Assembly (NCBI GenBank): GCA_021613535.1
Contig: CP075494.1
Span: 7,316,001-7,380,000, forward strand
Source: Adineta vaga
Taxonomy: Eukaryota; Animalia; Rotifera
Direction: 5' to 3'
DNA: 64,000 nt
The stretch's first letter is position 1, and the number at the start of each line of letters is the position of its first letter. The position numbers were made by a program, and so were the translations under genes. The notes under the pieces were generated by a model. It made no database searches, was not told the origin of the DNA, and saw nothing but the letters and a program-made list of their open reading frames with translations. Below, piece after piece: positions 39,213 through 53,258 of this stretch.

Positions 39213-40339
39213 TCACCATGGCTCACATTCTTTTAATTGTATCTCGATTTTTGGTGATTTATTTGAGTTTTGTTTAATATCAATTATTTTGAATGCTGAA
39301 TAAGGTAAAATTAATACTTCTTCTTCATCTTGAAACATTGATATCTTTTCAATATCTAATGCTGTTCTTGGATTACGTATTTCATAAATACATATGGTAC
39401 TTAATCGATTAGTAGCTGTGTCACCATTGTTTAGAAATCGTAATGCTACATGCTGTTGTTTTGAAGACGATGAAAATGTTTTAGTCAAAATTCGAGTACC
39501 TTTCTTGTATTGTTTCATATCATCATTAGTAACCATCATACCACGATATGTGACACCAGTATAAGATAATGCTTCGAAGTCAGGGTGTCGAGCTATGATT
39601 CCAGTATAATAAGCTAAATTAAGATTCTTTTAGAAGTTAAATTCTCAAGACGCATCTGCGCTAAATGAATATTCAATGCGGAGTAAAAACCTGTTTCAGC
39701 TGTGTACGCTGTCAATAAATAGGTTGGGTTCTTTTCATTGATTGCCAAATCAAAATATTCTTTTATCGTATTGATATCTTCAATATCTCTTAAATCATCT
39801 TCAAGATAATTTTTTCTTATATAAGCGATAAACTTATAAAAGTGCGGATGTTTGCCATACGATTCAAGTATTTTTAAATACTCATGTGCTTGATAATCAG
39901 CATTGTCTGTTTGAAGAATCCATTCAACCGAATCACTAAAAAACCGTTTGTGATTCATTCGACGTCGTATTAATTGTTTTATCTTATCGGTTTTAGCTTC
40001 ATCCAAAGGAGTCGAATTATATCTATTCACGATTGAACAATTTGCACCTTTTTGTAGTAGCAGATCAACTATTTTCTCGTGTCCTCGATATGCAGCTACG
40101 TGAAGCGAAGTAGAACCATTTGGTTCTATTCGATTGATTTCGTCCAATGACATAGACTTCAAATACTGTTCGACTGAACTGATATCATTTTCTCGACATG
40201 CATCATAAAAGCGGCTCGTGCTTGCTGAATCAGATGTGTCTAAAAACGGCAAGTTTCCTATTATGGCAGACAATATACGATATCCTAAATTCTGAGTTAT
40301 ACGTGTCTGCTCTAAACTTTTGATAGTTCGAGACGTCAT
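39213..40339 (-). CDS. Ankyrin-repeat + R-S-E class ADP-ribosyltransferase, split by a 1-nt frameshift near 39630
   Basis: NGSTSLHVAAYRGHEKIVDLLLQKGA ankyrin repeat; AYTAETGFYSALN; after the shift TYRG, TFSSSS and FQDEEEVLILPYSAFKI; no GT-AG intron can bridge the frame change. Confidence 0.8.
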
Positions 40340-40829
40340 TCAACACACGAGTTTAAGTCTTAGATCCTGTAAAGAAAGTTCAATGAGACATTTCACTGGG
40401 GCTCTCTCTCAAAAACGACTAATTTAACTCGTTTACAAATCTTTTGTATATTCTTCAGAGGTGTTTTGCTTGAAACAGGATAAAAACAGTTTAGTTCTAT
40501 AGTAAAATTTGAGATGTTAACGAAAGTTAATCCACATAAGTTTGTATTCCAAATTTTTAACTAATGTGCAAACTGATATACGACGTGGACTTTAAAGAAG
40601 AACAGTTAGAAAATCTAGTTATCGATAACAATAATATACTTGAATACAAAATACTGACTCACTACGATACGATAAACAATAAAAGTAGCTCATATTCAAG
40701 TTATTATTCTAAAAGTTTACCTTAGAATCTATAAATTTCTGAATTCTTTCGCTCATAAACATATGTGTCAGATGATTGTGTAATTAAGTATAGACAATTT
40801 TTACTACATGAACTGTTATTTTGAACTTA

Positions 40830-42129
40830 TCAAAACATACCATCGATCGATGCAGTTGAAATTAAACTGAACGTATTTGTTACTGTTGTTGGTGCATCGG
40901 ATAACTTCTGCTTTAGCAAAGTCCAATCAAAGGTATAATCATATTGATAATTTAATGTTTGAAACAAAATGCGAAATAACTGACGTAAATACATATAATC
41001 AGGTGCTTCTTCAAAACGAAGACCTCGACAATAGTTTAGATACATACCAAATTCGGCTGGAAATCCCTAGAAACAAAAATAATACATTTTTTTGATAAAG
41101 TAGAGGTGTTTTTTTCTGCTTTGCAAAGAATTTCTACAGGTGTTGACATTTTTTTCTCCAATATTTTCTCATCTTTTTGTTTTTCGGTTTGCGCTTTAAG
41201 ACCGTCCCAAGGCGAAGAGTCACGATTAAAATACATCAAATCATAACCCAATGATTTCATATCATCTCGACGACTATAATATGAAACGAAAATATTAATT
41301 TTAAATCTATTTTTCTCAAATGACGTACCTATGTTCGATACCAAGATAAGCATTAATAGATGCATAGCGAGCTGTACCAGTTACGTTCCTATCTTCTCAA
41401 TAGGGAATGTGTTGTCGTGTTCGATTGTTGCGATATTTTTTTGCTAGACCAAAATCAATCAAAAATACCTAGAAGAAATCATTCATAGTTCGTTTATAGT
41501 AAAAGAAATCTGAATTTATTGAAAACTAATCTTATTACAATGTCGTCCAATACCCATTAGAAAATGATCAGGTTTAATACTAAATAATGAAATGAATTGA
41601 TAGAAAATGTTTTCAATTGAAGGAAAACTAACTCTCGATGGATGAAATTTTTGTTATGCACAAATTCAATTCGACCAATCATCTAAACAAACGAATGTTT
41701 TTAAGAAAATAATAAAATAATAAATTGTTGACTTTTTAGACATACTTGATCAGCAAGCATCAGTACAGTCTTCATAGTAAATCGTCGGGAACAAAAGTTA
41801 AAGAGATCCTCAAGTGATGGTCCAAGTAAATCCATAACAAGAATATTATAATCGTTTTCTTGGGCATAATATTGAATATGAGGAACACCAATTCCACCTT
41901 TCAAAATTTTGTATAATTTTGATTCAAATGATAATCGAGGATGACGTGCTTTGACTGATTCTAATTTAATTGCTACTTCTTCACCATTTGTAATATTTAT
42001 ACCAAGATAAATGTACCCAAATGAACCTGTTCCAATCTTTCGAATTAAACGATATTTACCATCAATTAAAAAATCATGTTTAGTCGAAAGATGTAACGAC
42101 GAGCCGGTGTCTGGTCGATCAATTTCCAT
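40830..42129 (-). pseudogene. CSNK1A1: Casein kinase I alpha-like unprocessed pseudogene
   Basis: [45 protein letters not shown]; lesions are HRDIKPDH (catalytic-loop N>H, 41564-66), a GT>AT donor at 41529-30 and an in-frame TGA at 41397-99 (HIPY*ED). Confidence 0.9.
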
Positions 42130-43050
42130 AGTCGGAAGTATTGTAGTTTTGAACCTCGTACAATAGTGATAAAATGTCACACACAAGGTTTCTAAATATC
42201 GTTAAAGTATTTCTCTTCTCTTAAACAAACGAATTTAAAATAATCTGGATCCAAAAAAGCCACAAATTGAAGAATGTTGGGGTCAATATTACATATCGAA
42301 AGCATCTAGCTTTAAATTCCTCAAAGTGGTATTTCGCGCTCATAACTCTCTTTAAATGTAAACTAACATTTAGAAATCCAATTGCATTATCAGAATTTCT
42401 TGATTTAAAATTTCAACACCACACAGACAATAATGTATATAAGTTCATTATTCTCGAAGAATTTCAAACAAACGTATTTTATTCTAATTGCGCTTTTCGT
42501 CATACAAATAAAAAAGATGCATACCTGTTAACTTTTTGGTTTCTACTTTGCAAAATGCTCTACGAGTTCTTTACAAGCAACCCTTTTCTTGCTCAGTTGT
42601 GAAAAACAATATTTTTTATACTTCAGTCTTTTTTTCTACCTTTCTCTCATTATTTCAAAACAGTCTCCAAAGAAAGCAATATGCATAGCCTGAATGACTC
42701 TCTCAAAATGTCCAAGGAAGTAGGTAAAGGTGGAAAAATTCAGTCAAATTCGTTTGTTTGCTTTTTTGGGTGTAAAGTAAGGACACGAGTGAACTTCATA
42801 CGACTGCGCAATTCGAATTAGGAATCTGGCAAGAATATGCGTAGAATTATCGTAATGACTTGTGATAAAACTCAATGTCATTTTGCTCGAGTGGTACTCA
42901 ACTGAAACAGACCGAAAATTTTTTTAAATCGAACTGCATCGTACCAAACTAGGCCAAAGATTACGCGAGAACCAAGAAATATATTTATATTAGAAAAGAA
43001 AGCAAGGACTGCTGAGAAGATCATATTAGAAGTAGTTGTTTTATCTCAAG

Positions 43051-43271
43051 CAGAGGATGTGAGTGTGGTCAACTACCAGCATCGACATCCATACCCACAA
43101 GATTTGTCGAACTCAATCTATTGCATAAACGGATCCCAGTTTATGATAACTAGTTATTATGTCTATGTTCGGAAAAACAAATATAAGTGTAGATATCCTA
43201 TCTCTAAACTTCAATATTATGTCCAGTACTATCTTGATGGTATGGACGTGGGTACCGACTCACATCCTCCC
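43051..43271. mobile_element. Degenerate MITE, probably hAT-like
   Basis: GAGGATGTGAGT (43053-64) is the exact inverse of ACTCACATCCTC (43258-69); an inner imperfect inverted pair CATCCATACCCACAAGAT / ATCTTGATGGTATGGACG; CAG start; 8-bp flanks only 5/8 identical. Confidence 0.6.
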
Positions 43272-43761
43272 ATATCATCGTCACTTTTTGAAGAATTGAA
43301 AAGATGATTTGTCTCTGTCGTCTAAGTATAATTGTGTGAAAAAAACTATGAACACATGTACTTTCTTGAATCATATTGTGCTTAATCTTGCCTGTATATT
43401 TATGAAATACTATTCTGATTCAGTTGCCATATTTCATTCCGATGGAAGAAAGCAAAAAATATCAAGTTGTATTTTTTTTTCCTGCTTTTAATTAAGAACC
43501 AGACTGATGAATATTTATGCTATTGTCATTGCACAAAAAATGTTAAAGGGATAGAAAAGAAAAAAGAAAAACTGAATGAATAAAAAGAAGAAAAAAAAGG
43601 TAATGATGGCACATCATTAAAATTAGGGGAAAGGAAATATGGTGTACGTGCAATTTTTCCAAAAGGTTTTCTTTTATGTTTGTTCGAAAAGAAGAGAAAG
43701 AGAAAAAAGAAAAAGAAGACAAAAGTGAAATGTTCTAATTGATGATCTTCTTTTGATCGAT

Positions 43762-45094
<1,333 letters not shown>

Positions 45095-45211
45095 TCAGTC
45101 TTTTTCAAATAACGATTGAGATGCTCGAAAGATATGTATGTCTCTCTTCTACTGAGATTGCCCGCAAAAAGAACGACAACCGCTATCTATTCTTGACTAT
45201 ATCCAGATGTA

Positions 45212-45221
45212 CCAAAATAGG
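45212..45221. promoter_or_regulatory. CArG box (SRF site) CCAAAATAGG upstream of actin
   Basis: Perfect CC(A/T)6GG about 120 bp upstream of the actin ATG. Confidence 0.55.
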
Positions 45222-46247
45222 ATATTTTCTTTCTTTTCTGCTTCTGCTTTTCCAGAGAAGATGTACATCAACATATACCAAATCGGGTAATGCATATCGC
45301 TATAACAACGGGCGAGGAAAAGAGGAAAAAAACGCAGATAAATAACCGCTTCCCGCCTCTTTGTTGTAGATGTATATACGAAGAATATACATCTTGAGGA
45401 ATATATATCTGTGTATATCCAGACGGACAGAACAATATGGAGATGTGTATTGATTGCTCTTCGTTTTGGGAAAAAAAAGTATGCTTCCGTTCGACACTAG
45501 AATAACATTTAGCATAGTTAAGAAGGAAAAGGAGAATAGAGTAGTAGCATCAGTCTCGAATAGACGATGAAAAAGAGAAAATAATACACAAGAGGAAAAA
45601 CAACAATGCTGAAGGACAATATCACGAAGAGATTGAATACCATTCAAATCTATACATATAACTTGCTCTACGAATCAACTAAAAAAAAGATTATAAATAG
45701 ATTCAAAACGAAAAATACATTCACAGTTTTTTAATAATTCCATTGGATAACAAGTCAGTTTTTGTTTATTATTTGGCAGCTGTCGAGAAAAAGATTCTTG
45801 TATTGCTCAAGACAATCTAAGAAGAAAACAACCCTGGAATTTTATCTATTTTCTGCATCAGTATCCTTTTTTATATTGCTCGATAACCGTATTGGTTGTT
45901 TCTGTATATCAATGGTAAATAGAGTGTGACATATTCATATGAGCGGAATATCAAGGATGACTTACAATTATCATTTCATATATGCTCATAACAAAACAAT
46001 GTCGGTTAAACTCGAAAATAATTAGTGTCTAGACACACTTTCATTTTATCCTTCCGATCAATTGTTTAAACGTTTGTTTTTTTTCACACATATTCAATGA
46101 CCCTTCTTTTTCTTTTATTTTCCTTAAAATAAATACACAATAAAAAGAAAAAAAAGAAAAAACACACGGGTATCAAAAACAAAGTTTATTCGCTAAAGAA
46201 AATAAAATTGTTCAGAGTTTATATTTTCTCAGTCATAGAAATAATTA

Positions 46248-48874
46248 TTATTTGATTTGGTTGAGAGCAGTTGCACTACGATTGAGTCGTAAATGTGAAT
46301 GGACGAGATCGTTTGTTGCTAACGCACTCATCAAAGAGAGTTCACCAGCTAATACTGTTGAACAAATAAGACGAGCAAGTTGACTTGAATTTTCTCCAGG
46401 CATTTGCAAGTTTGAACCATCTATGCCAAGCATTTGTAAACAAGCTTTTTGTGGAGATAATTTTGTTCCACCACCGATGGTTCCTACTTCAACTGAATAC
46501 ATTGTACATGATATGTATAAATCACGTTTTTCTGGACCAGTCGTTTCAAGCCATGTTAAACCTAAACACAGTCAAATAGTTTATTGAATATTATATAAAA
46601 TCTATAGTGATTACATACAATTACTACTAGATACAACTTGAGCAGGATCTTGACCACAAGCAATAAACATAGCCTAAAACATACGCATCATGAAGATTAT
46701 TCTTTTCGAAAAACAAAAGGAAGGTTTTCTTAACTTACAGCAACAATATTTGATGCATGTGCATTAAATCCACCAATCGAACCAGCCATAATAGATCCAA
46801 GTAAATTTTTTGATTGATTTAATTCAACTAATCGATCGGCAGTCGTTTTTAGAACTTGTTCAAGTATGTCATGTGAGATAATTGCTTCAGCTACAACTGA
46901 TTTTCCTCGTCCATCAATCCAATTCAAAGCCGATGGTTTTTTATCTACAATTATTACAAATTAATTTTCAAAATGCATCAACTTCATCATCTTTCACTTA
47001 CCAATACAATAATTACCACTAATACTGATGACATCAGCTGTTTCAGGCCATTTTGCTCTAATTAATGTTAATACCGCTTCAACACCTTTTGATAACATAT
47101 TCATACCCATAGCATCACCAGTTGTAGCAACAAATCGAACGAACAGATAATGTGCTGCAATATTTCGTTTAATATTAGTTAAACGTGCATATGAACTTGT
47201 ACGATCAAAACATTGTTTTATTTCATCAAAATTTGTTTCAAACCATTCATAAGCTTCATATGCTTGCCGAATTGTATTAAATTTAAGTACTGGACCACGT
47301 GTCATTCCATCATTGAAAACTATAGTTTCAACACCGCCTTGAGACATAGTAATTGCTTTACAACCACGATTTGTACTAGCAACAAGTGCTCCTGTTAAAA
47401 ATGAAAGTAATGCTTTTTGTTTTTCAGAAGAAATTGAAAATAATCTTACCTTCCGTAGTTGCTAATGGTATATAATAATTGTGACCATCGACACGTATTG
47501 GACCAGCATATCCTACAGGTAATTGAACATATCCAATAACATTTTCACAGCATTGATTAATTACTAATGAATAATCGTAATGTTCATAAGGTAATGAATT
47601 CAATGCTGAAAGTGTATTCTTCGTCGATATTAAATATTCATTTAACATAAGTCGACGAATATGAACTGCTCGTAAGAATGGAAGATATTTTTCTAGATTA
47701 TGTGCTAATAATTTTCTTGATTTTACTAATTCTAAAATTTCTTCATCAGTTAATACTGAATAATCAATTGTTTTTGCAGGTATTGCTTTCGATTCATTTG
47801 TCGTTTCAAGGGCTTTCGTTACACTAGGCGATGATGCTGAATGAACAAGATGTACACCGGATATATGTCGTTGATAAACAGTAGTATGAGTGAGAGTATC
47901 TGAATGAGATAAAAAAATAGAAAAAAAGAAAAAAATCAATGTTATGTTTTACCATCAGTTTTTGAACATGTTGTTTTTCTTGGAATTATTTCTTGTTGTT
48001 CTTTTTTACTTTCAATTGCAACTGTTTCACTCTTTTCTTCACCGGGTAATTTACCAATAAATATATCGAATATTCTTGTATATTTAGACATTTCTCGTCC
48101 AGGTGGTGCAACAATAAGACATGATAAACAAATTGTTGTTGTTAATCCAAATGCTAATGCTTCACATAAAGTCAATGCTGAAATTTTCAAACCAAATAAA
48201 GCTAAACCCATAATTTTAATAATCTTCAAACGATGTAAAACAGAATTGAATTCATCAACATTGGTTGTTAAGATTGTCGATGGTGTTTTATTATCAGATA
48301 CGGTTGTTTTATCAATAAATAATGAATGAAGAAAACATAGCATACATGGAAAGACAGCAATTTGTGAACACCAACTAGCAATAACACAAATACTTGCCAT
48401 ATTACTTAATGCTGTTACTGTTGCAACATCCGTTAAACGTCCTAAACGTACGAGTAAAAGTGCAAAAAGATGATCAACACAAACATGACGAAGCCATCGG
48501 CGTAGAACAAAATTGGTTGCTTGTTGCGATTGTTCATTATCATTGGAATTTGATGGTAGAAGGATTGTCGCTAATGCAGCACATTGCGTTGCATTCCAAA
48601 GAAATGATGATATTGATAATAATAATGTTAAATGAATGACAGTGGGTGAAAAATAATTTGTAATATTTAAATTAGCAAAATGAAGTAAAGAATTGGGTTG
48701 AAAAATATGGAAAAATGTTTCACAACTAAGACAAGTACATAGAAATGAAAGAAATAATATTAAACGATGAGTATGTGGACGTATTGAATATGTTTGAAAT
48801 ATTAAATAAGTGACTGACGTTAATGCAATCGTATAAAATGTTGAATCATAAAATCTTACGGTTGTCGTTGTCAT
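46248..48874 (-). CDS. HMGCR: HMG-CoA reductase (class I) with a divergent membrane domain, multi-exon
   Basis: [92 protein letters not shown]. Confidence 0.97.
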
Positions 48875-50110
48875 TTGGTCCTGATCTTGAAGAAAAATGA
48901 ATAAACATTTTATAGAGAAATTATTAGTTTTTTTTTATATGTATCGATTTATTCCAGGTCGAATGCAACATCAGCTGAGAGAAATATAATGCACTGCTAA
49001 AAGATGGCAGCAAAACATGCACTTACATGCTGTACAGTGACCTTAACCTAGTAAAACGGAATGGATTGGCCAGGTAATGAACACAAATGCATTGCCTAAC
49101 CTTCAATGTCTTACAGAAATATTTAGAAAAACTGATCAGAATGTTTCGCTTTGAAGTTTTTACTGTCGTCTTATCTATAAATTCCCTTCTCTGAAAATAT
49201 TATTTGACGAAATGAGAAATAAATTACGCTTTTGATATTGATAAGAAATTGAATGAATACGCCCGATTGTTCTGACGTCAGCATGATTCAATTTCGTGAC
49301 TTTAAACTGCAAGAAGCGTTTCTAAGATATTTCTGAGTGTTTATTTTCTGACGACATGCAATAGGAATAACTAAAAACAAGTTTCATGATTCATATCGAA
49401 CGGTTATTCCACCAATCATAAATGTATGAGAATAGCTCAGCTCATTCTACATGTATGATTTAGTATCTATGGCGCTACTATCAATGTATCGATAGACGAT
49501 CGAACGATACTGCAGTGAAAATAATTTAATACATGATCAATTTCATATTCATTTGCTAAAGAAAAGATTCAAATGAATATTTAGTCAGAATCTTACCCAT
49601 GAGAAGAAACATGGAACGGAAAACATGAGAGAAATTGTATTTTTGTTTGATAACGGAATAATCCAAATTCGGTTGATCATTGTACATCTTTATTTTCGCT
49701 GATTGATCAATTACCCAATTAATTGATACCTAATATGGTTCGAAAAATGCAAATATGAGTTTGATACTACAACCGACTATTCACTTCTTAACTAATTTAT
49801 TGTTTGATAATCTCTAAGTATATTTATAAATTTCATTTTCCCTCATTGTGAGTCATGTATGTTTTGTAGTTTTTCTTCCTTTTCCGACTTACTTCATACA
49901 ACTCTCTATTTCTAACACTGATGTGACTGAAATATTTGAGCAGATCGTTTAATCAATCAGTATATGCTTATTTCTCAATGCGATTAAACTAATATTAATA
50001 ACTTACCTATTTGATACTGTTATCACTATTTTTACACAGGTGAAATATTGAAAGAACGAAAGAAATGAAAAAGATATTTAAAAGACAAAAACCTTTAAAA
50101 GAATATTAAC

Positions 50111-50162
50111 TTATATATAGACATGGATGTTGATTCGTGTACTCGAGAGAGAATCACGCCAT
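50111..50162 (-). promoter_or_regulatory. Candidate HMGCR promoter: sterol regulatory element ATCACGCCAT (50153-62) plus TATA-like box (50111-20)
   Basis: Matches the SREBP consensus RTCACSCCAY; a minus-strand G|GTAAGT donor at 50006-50001 can join the acceptor at 48882-81 just before the HMGCR ATG. Confidence 0.45.
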
Positions 50163-50878
50163 GCATACAACAATGGTATATTTCGGAAGATGATCGTACC
50201 ATATATCAGATAAAATAACATGTTATCAACACGACAAATGAGTGACTTAGTCAACACATGAGACTGTCATAACATAGATGCCTACATGTCTTAACTATAC
50301 AGAATAGAGAAAACCTAATGGTTGTGGTTTTCTATATATTCTAAAAAAACTGGTATATAGTCTTACGTCTATTGAAAAACAAAATGCGCATAACTAAAAA
50401 ATATGTATTTGTATTATAATGATAAAAACGCAAAAGTAGAGAGCATAAATATAAGTAGAGGGTGATTGCAAAAATACGAAGTATGCTTTCTTGAATGTGG
50501 GCGCTGTGTTTTTTCCGCTCTAATGATTCTATATTCATATTTGTTTTGAGTACCCTGAAGGGCAATGTGATCGTTGTGAGAAAATCGATTGGTAGGAATA
50601 ATTTCCTTTCTCTAATAAAATCAAATATAGGAAAGTAACACATTAAATCAGATATTTGATTGGTTTTTATAAGATGAATTTGAATAGCAGATATCCTAAA
50701 TATTATATCTAACAGATACAATCAATTACAATTGAATGCATTAATAGAGGTAATGAAGTAACTATAATATCAAATTTGAGTTGTTCTTTTTTTCTTCTAA
50801 TCATCAAAATTATTTATGCTGGTTTATAAACATATTTTTATTAAGTAGAAAAAAGAGTTCATTTGATCGATTGATCCT

Positions 50879-52022
50879 TTATTGTTGAGTAATTGTTTTA
50901 AAGAAATAAATTGTACTCTCATCTCGATCACCAACAATCAATGTTTGATCACGTTTTATTGCTAAAGCACTCGGACCAGTCAATTGCTTATTTTTTCCAT
51001 AATTAATTCTCTCATGTTCATCTGATTCAAATCGATTTTCAACCCACGATGATTCTGAATCAGAATAACATGCAGTTAACCAATTTCCTTCATCGTCCAA
51101 TAAAATTCCATGTGGAACATATAATTTTGCTTCGATATTTGGATATTTTCTACGTGGTTCATGATCATAAATTTTCTTTATATAACCCATTTTATCAAAA
51201 ACATAAACAGCTCCACGATATGTTGGAGCATCATCACATGTCACTACACATTGATTGTTTCTATTAATAGCAAGAAAATTTGGTTTAACTTTATATTGTG
51301 GTTGTTCCCATCGTGTTAAATACCAACGACGATTAACATAACGAAAATCAGGTGAAAATACACATATTCGATGATTCCATGTATCACACATATAAATTTC
51401 TCTATGATAGAAATTCAATGAGACAACTTATGATTTCAATTTTCATTTACCCATTTTCTGAATCAACAACAATTCCACCAGGTAGATTAAATCGATTATT
51501 TGCATGACCACTTTCTTCAATTCCTAACTGTTGTATGAATTGTTTCTTCTCTAAATCATACAAAGAAAGTGAATGTGCTTTGGTTATATAGATCTGTTGA
51601 GGATGATTCGGTCGTGTCGTAACACATTCTGGCGAAACAAGATCACCACGGAATACTTCTAATAAATGTCCATCTGTATTCGAATCAAACATTAATAAAC
51701 GATTATTATAATGATCACAAACAATTATTTCTTCAGCATCAGTATTTAAAACACAAATACCATAAGTAAGTGCCATGGATGATGTTGATTGATTATTTAA
51801 TTGAAATTTTTTAATAATCATATGTGGTTTTGTTTCATAATCTGTTATTGATGGTAGATAAGGTAGTAGACTAGGTGGATAACGTTTTGAACTAGTCTCA
51901 TCATCAACATCATCATATTCATTTTCTTTTACTGATGGTATAGTTGGTGTCCATCCAGCAGGTAAATTAGGTAAAGAATCAGGAACTAACGAAGGTCGAC
52001 GTTTGGTCAAATCACTTTCCAT
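50879..52022 (-). CDS. NHL-repeat beta-propeller protein, 2 exons
   Basis: IIVCDHYNNRLLMFD, FNLPGGIVVD..GEIYMCDTWNHRICVF, LYVPHGILLD, LTGPSALAI..LIVGD; 49-nt intron 51402-51450. Confidence 0.88.
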
Positions 52023-53258
52023 TCGAATGTGTTTCTTTTCTTCTCAGCAGATATTAGAATAGACGGATGATTATTGCATCGTTTATACTTCTTTCTCTTT
52101 CTTTTGCTATAAACATCAGACATATTCATAAATAGTAACTAAAAAAGAATATATAACGTTAATATTAGATTCGAAGCAACGATATTTTTTGGTAGACAAT
52201 ATATCACTAGTATCATTATTTTAACAAGCGAAAATTAATATAATTTTTGTTTTCTATAATATCTCTTTCTATCGACTTATCTTTACTTTTGAAAGATAAT
52301 AATACTACTTTGTATTTAGAAAACTTGTCATCGCTAAAGATACTCCTCGTATCAAAATATACAACTTCGTTTTCTTTTCTAGTGTATTTAGCATCGAATG
52401 ATGGTAGTTAATCAACATTTCTTTAGATAATAGTTAGTATAATATATAAGATGATTATAGAAATGACGAAAATAACTTACTGTAGATTTTGTCGAAATGC
52501 AAGTTTTTCTATTCTTGTTATTGCTGATTCGACACGACAATGTTATGTGATATATCTATTTGATGTGTAAGATATACAAGTATTTTACTCTAGAGGAATA
52601 TAAAACTCTATATTGATCGTTTAGATTAGAACGAAGCATATTGACCAATCGATTCTTATCCGAGTTGAATGGCAAAAGAGAGAGAGAGAGAGATAGTTGT
52701 GTTTGCATTTAAATTCGAAATGAAAAAGAAATCGATGTAGATGATACGTTTCAGATATTTTAAATAGTCGAAGAAGAGATGTCAACAGATGATAAATAAT
52801 CGAATAATTATCAGTTTGTCTTCATATAAATAGTATATAGAGAAAAGTGTGCAATTGATTCTTGTTGAAAAGATAGTTTACAGTTTAACGACATAAAAAT
52901 AGCTTCGTTTTTTTTTCTTTACAGATAATTCGGACTTGATTTCTTTCATTACGAACTTGAAGACTCATGAAAACAATGTGCACGACTACAAACTGAAACG
53001 TGATATATCTGATAAATTATTCATTTGAAATCATCTTTTGATACTTTTTCAGAAATTCACATAAATACGAATGGTGTCTATTATTATCAACAGTCAGACA
53101 TTTTTGTCATTTAAACTAATACATATTTATTCGAAGCAATCATTTATGAAAAGGTAGAAGAGTTTAGATTTCAAACAAGTTTTCTATTTATGCTTCGATA
53201 AAATTTGTTGAAGAATAAAAAAATTAAATATATAAAAGTATTAAATCTTTGGACTTCG

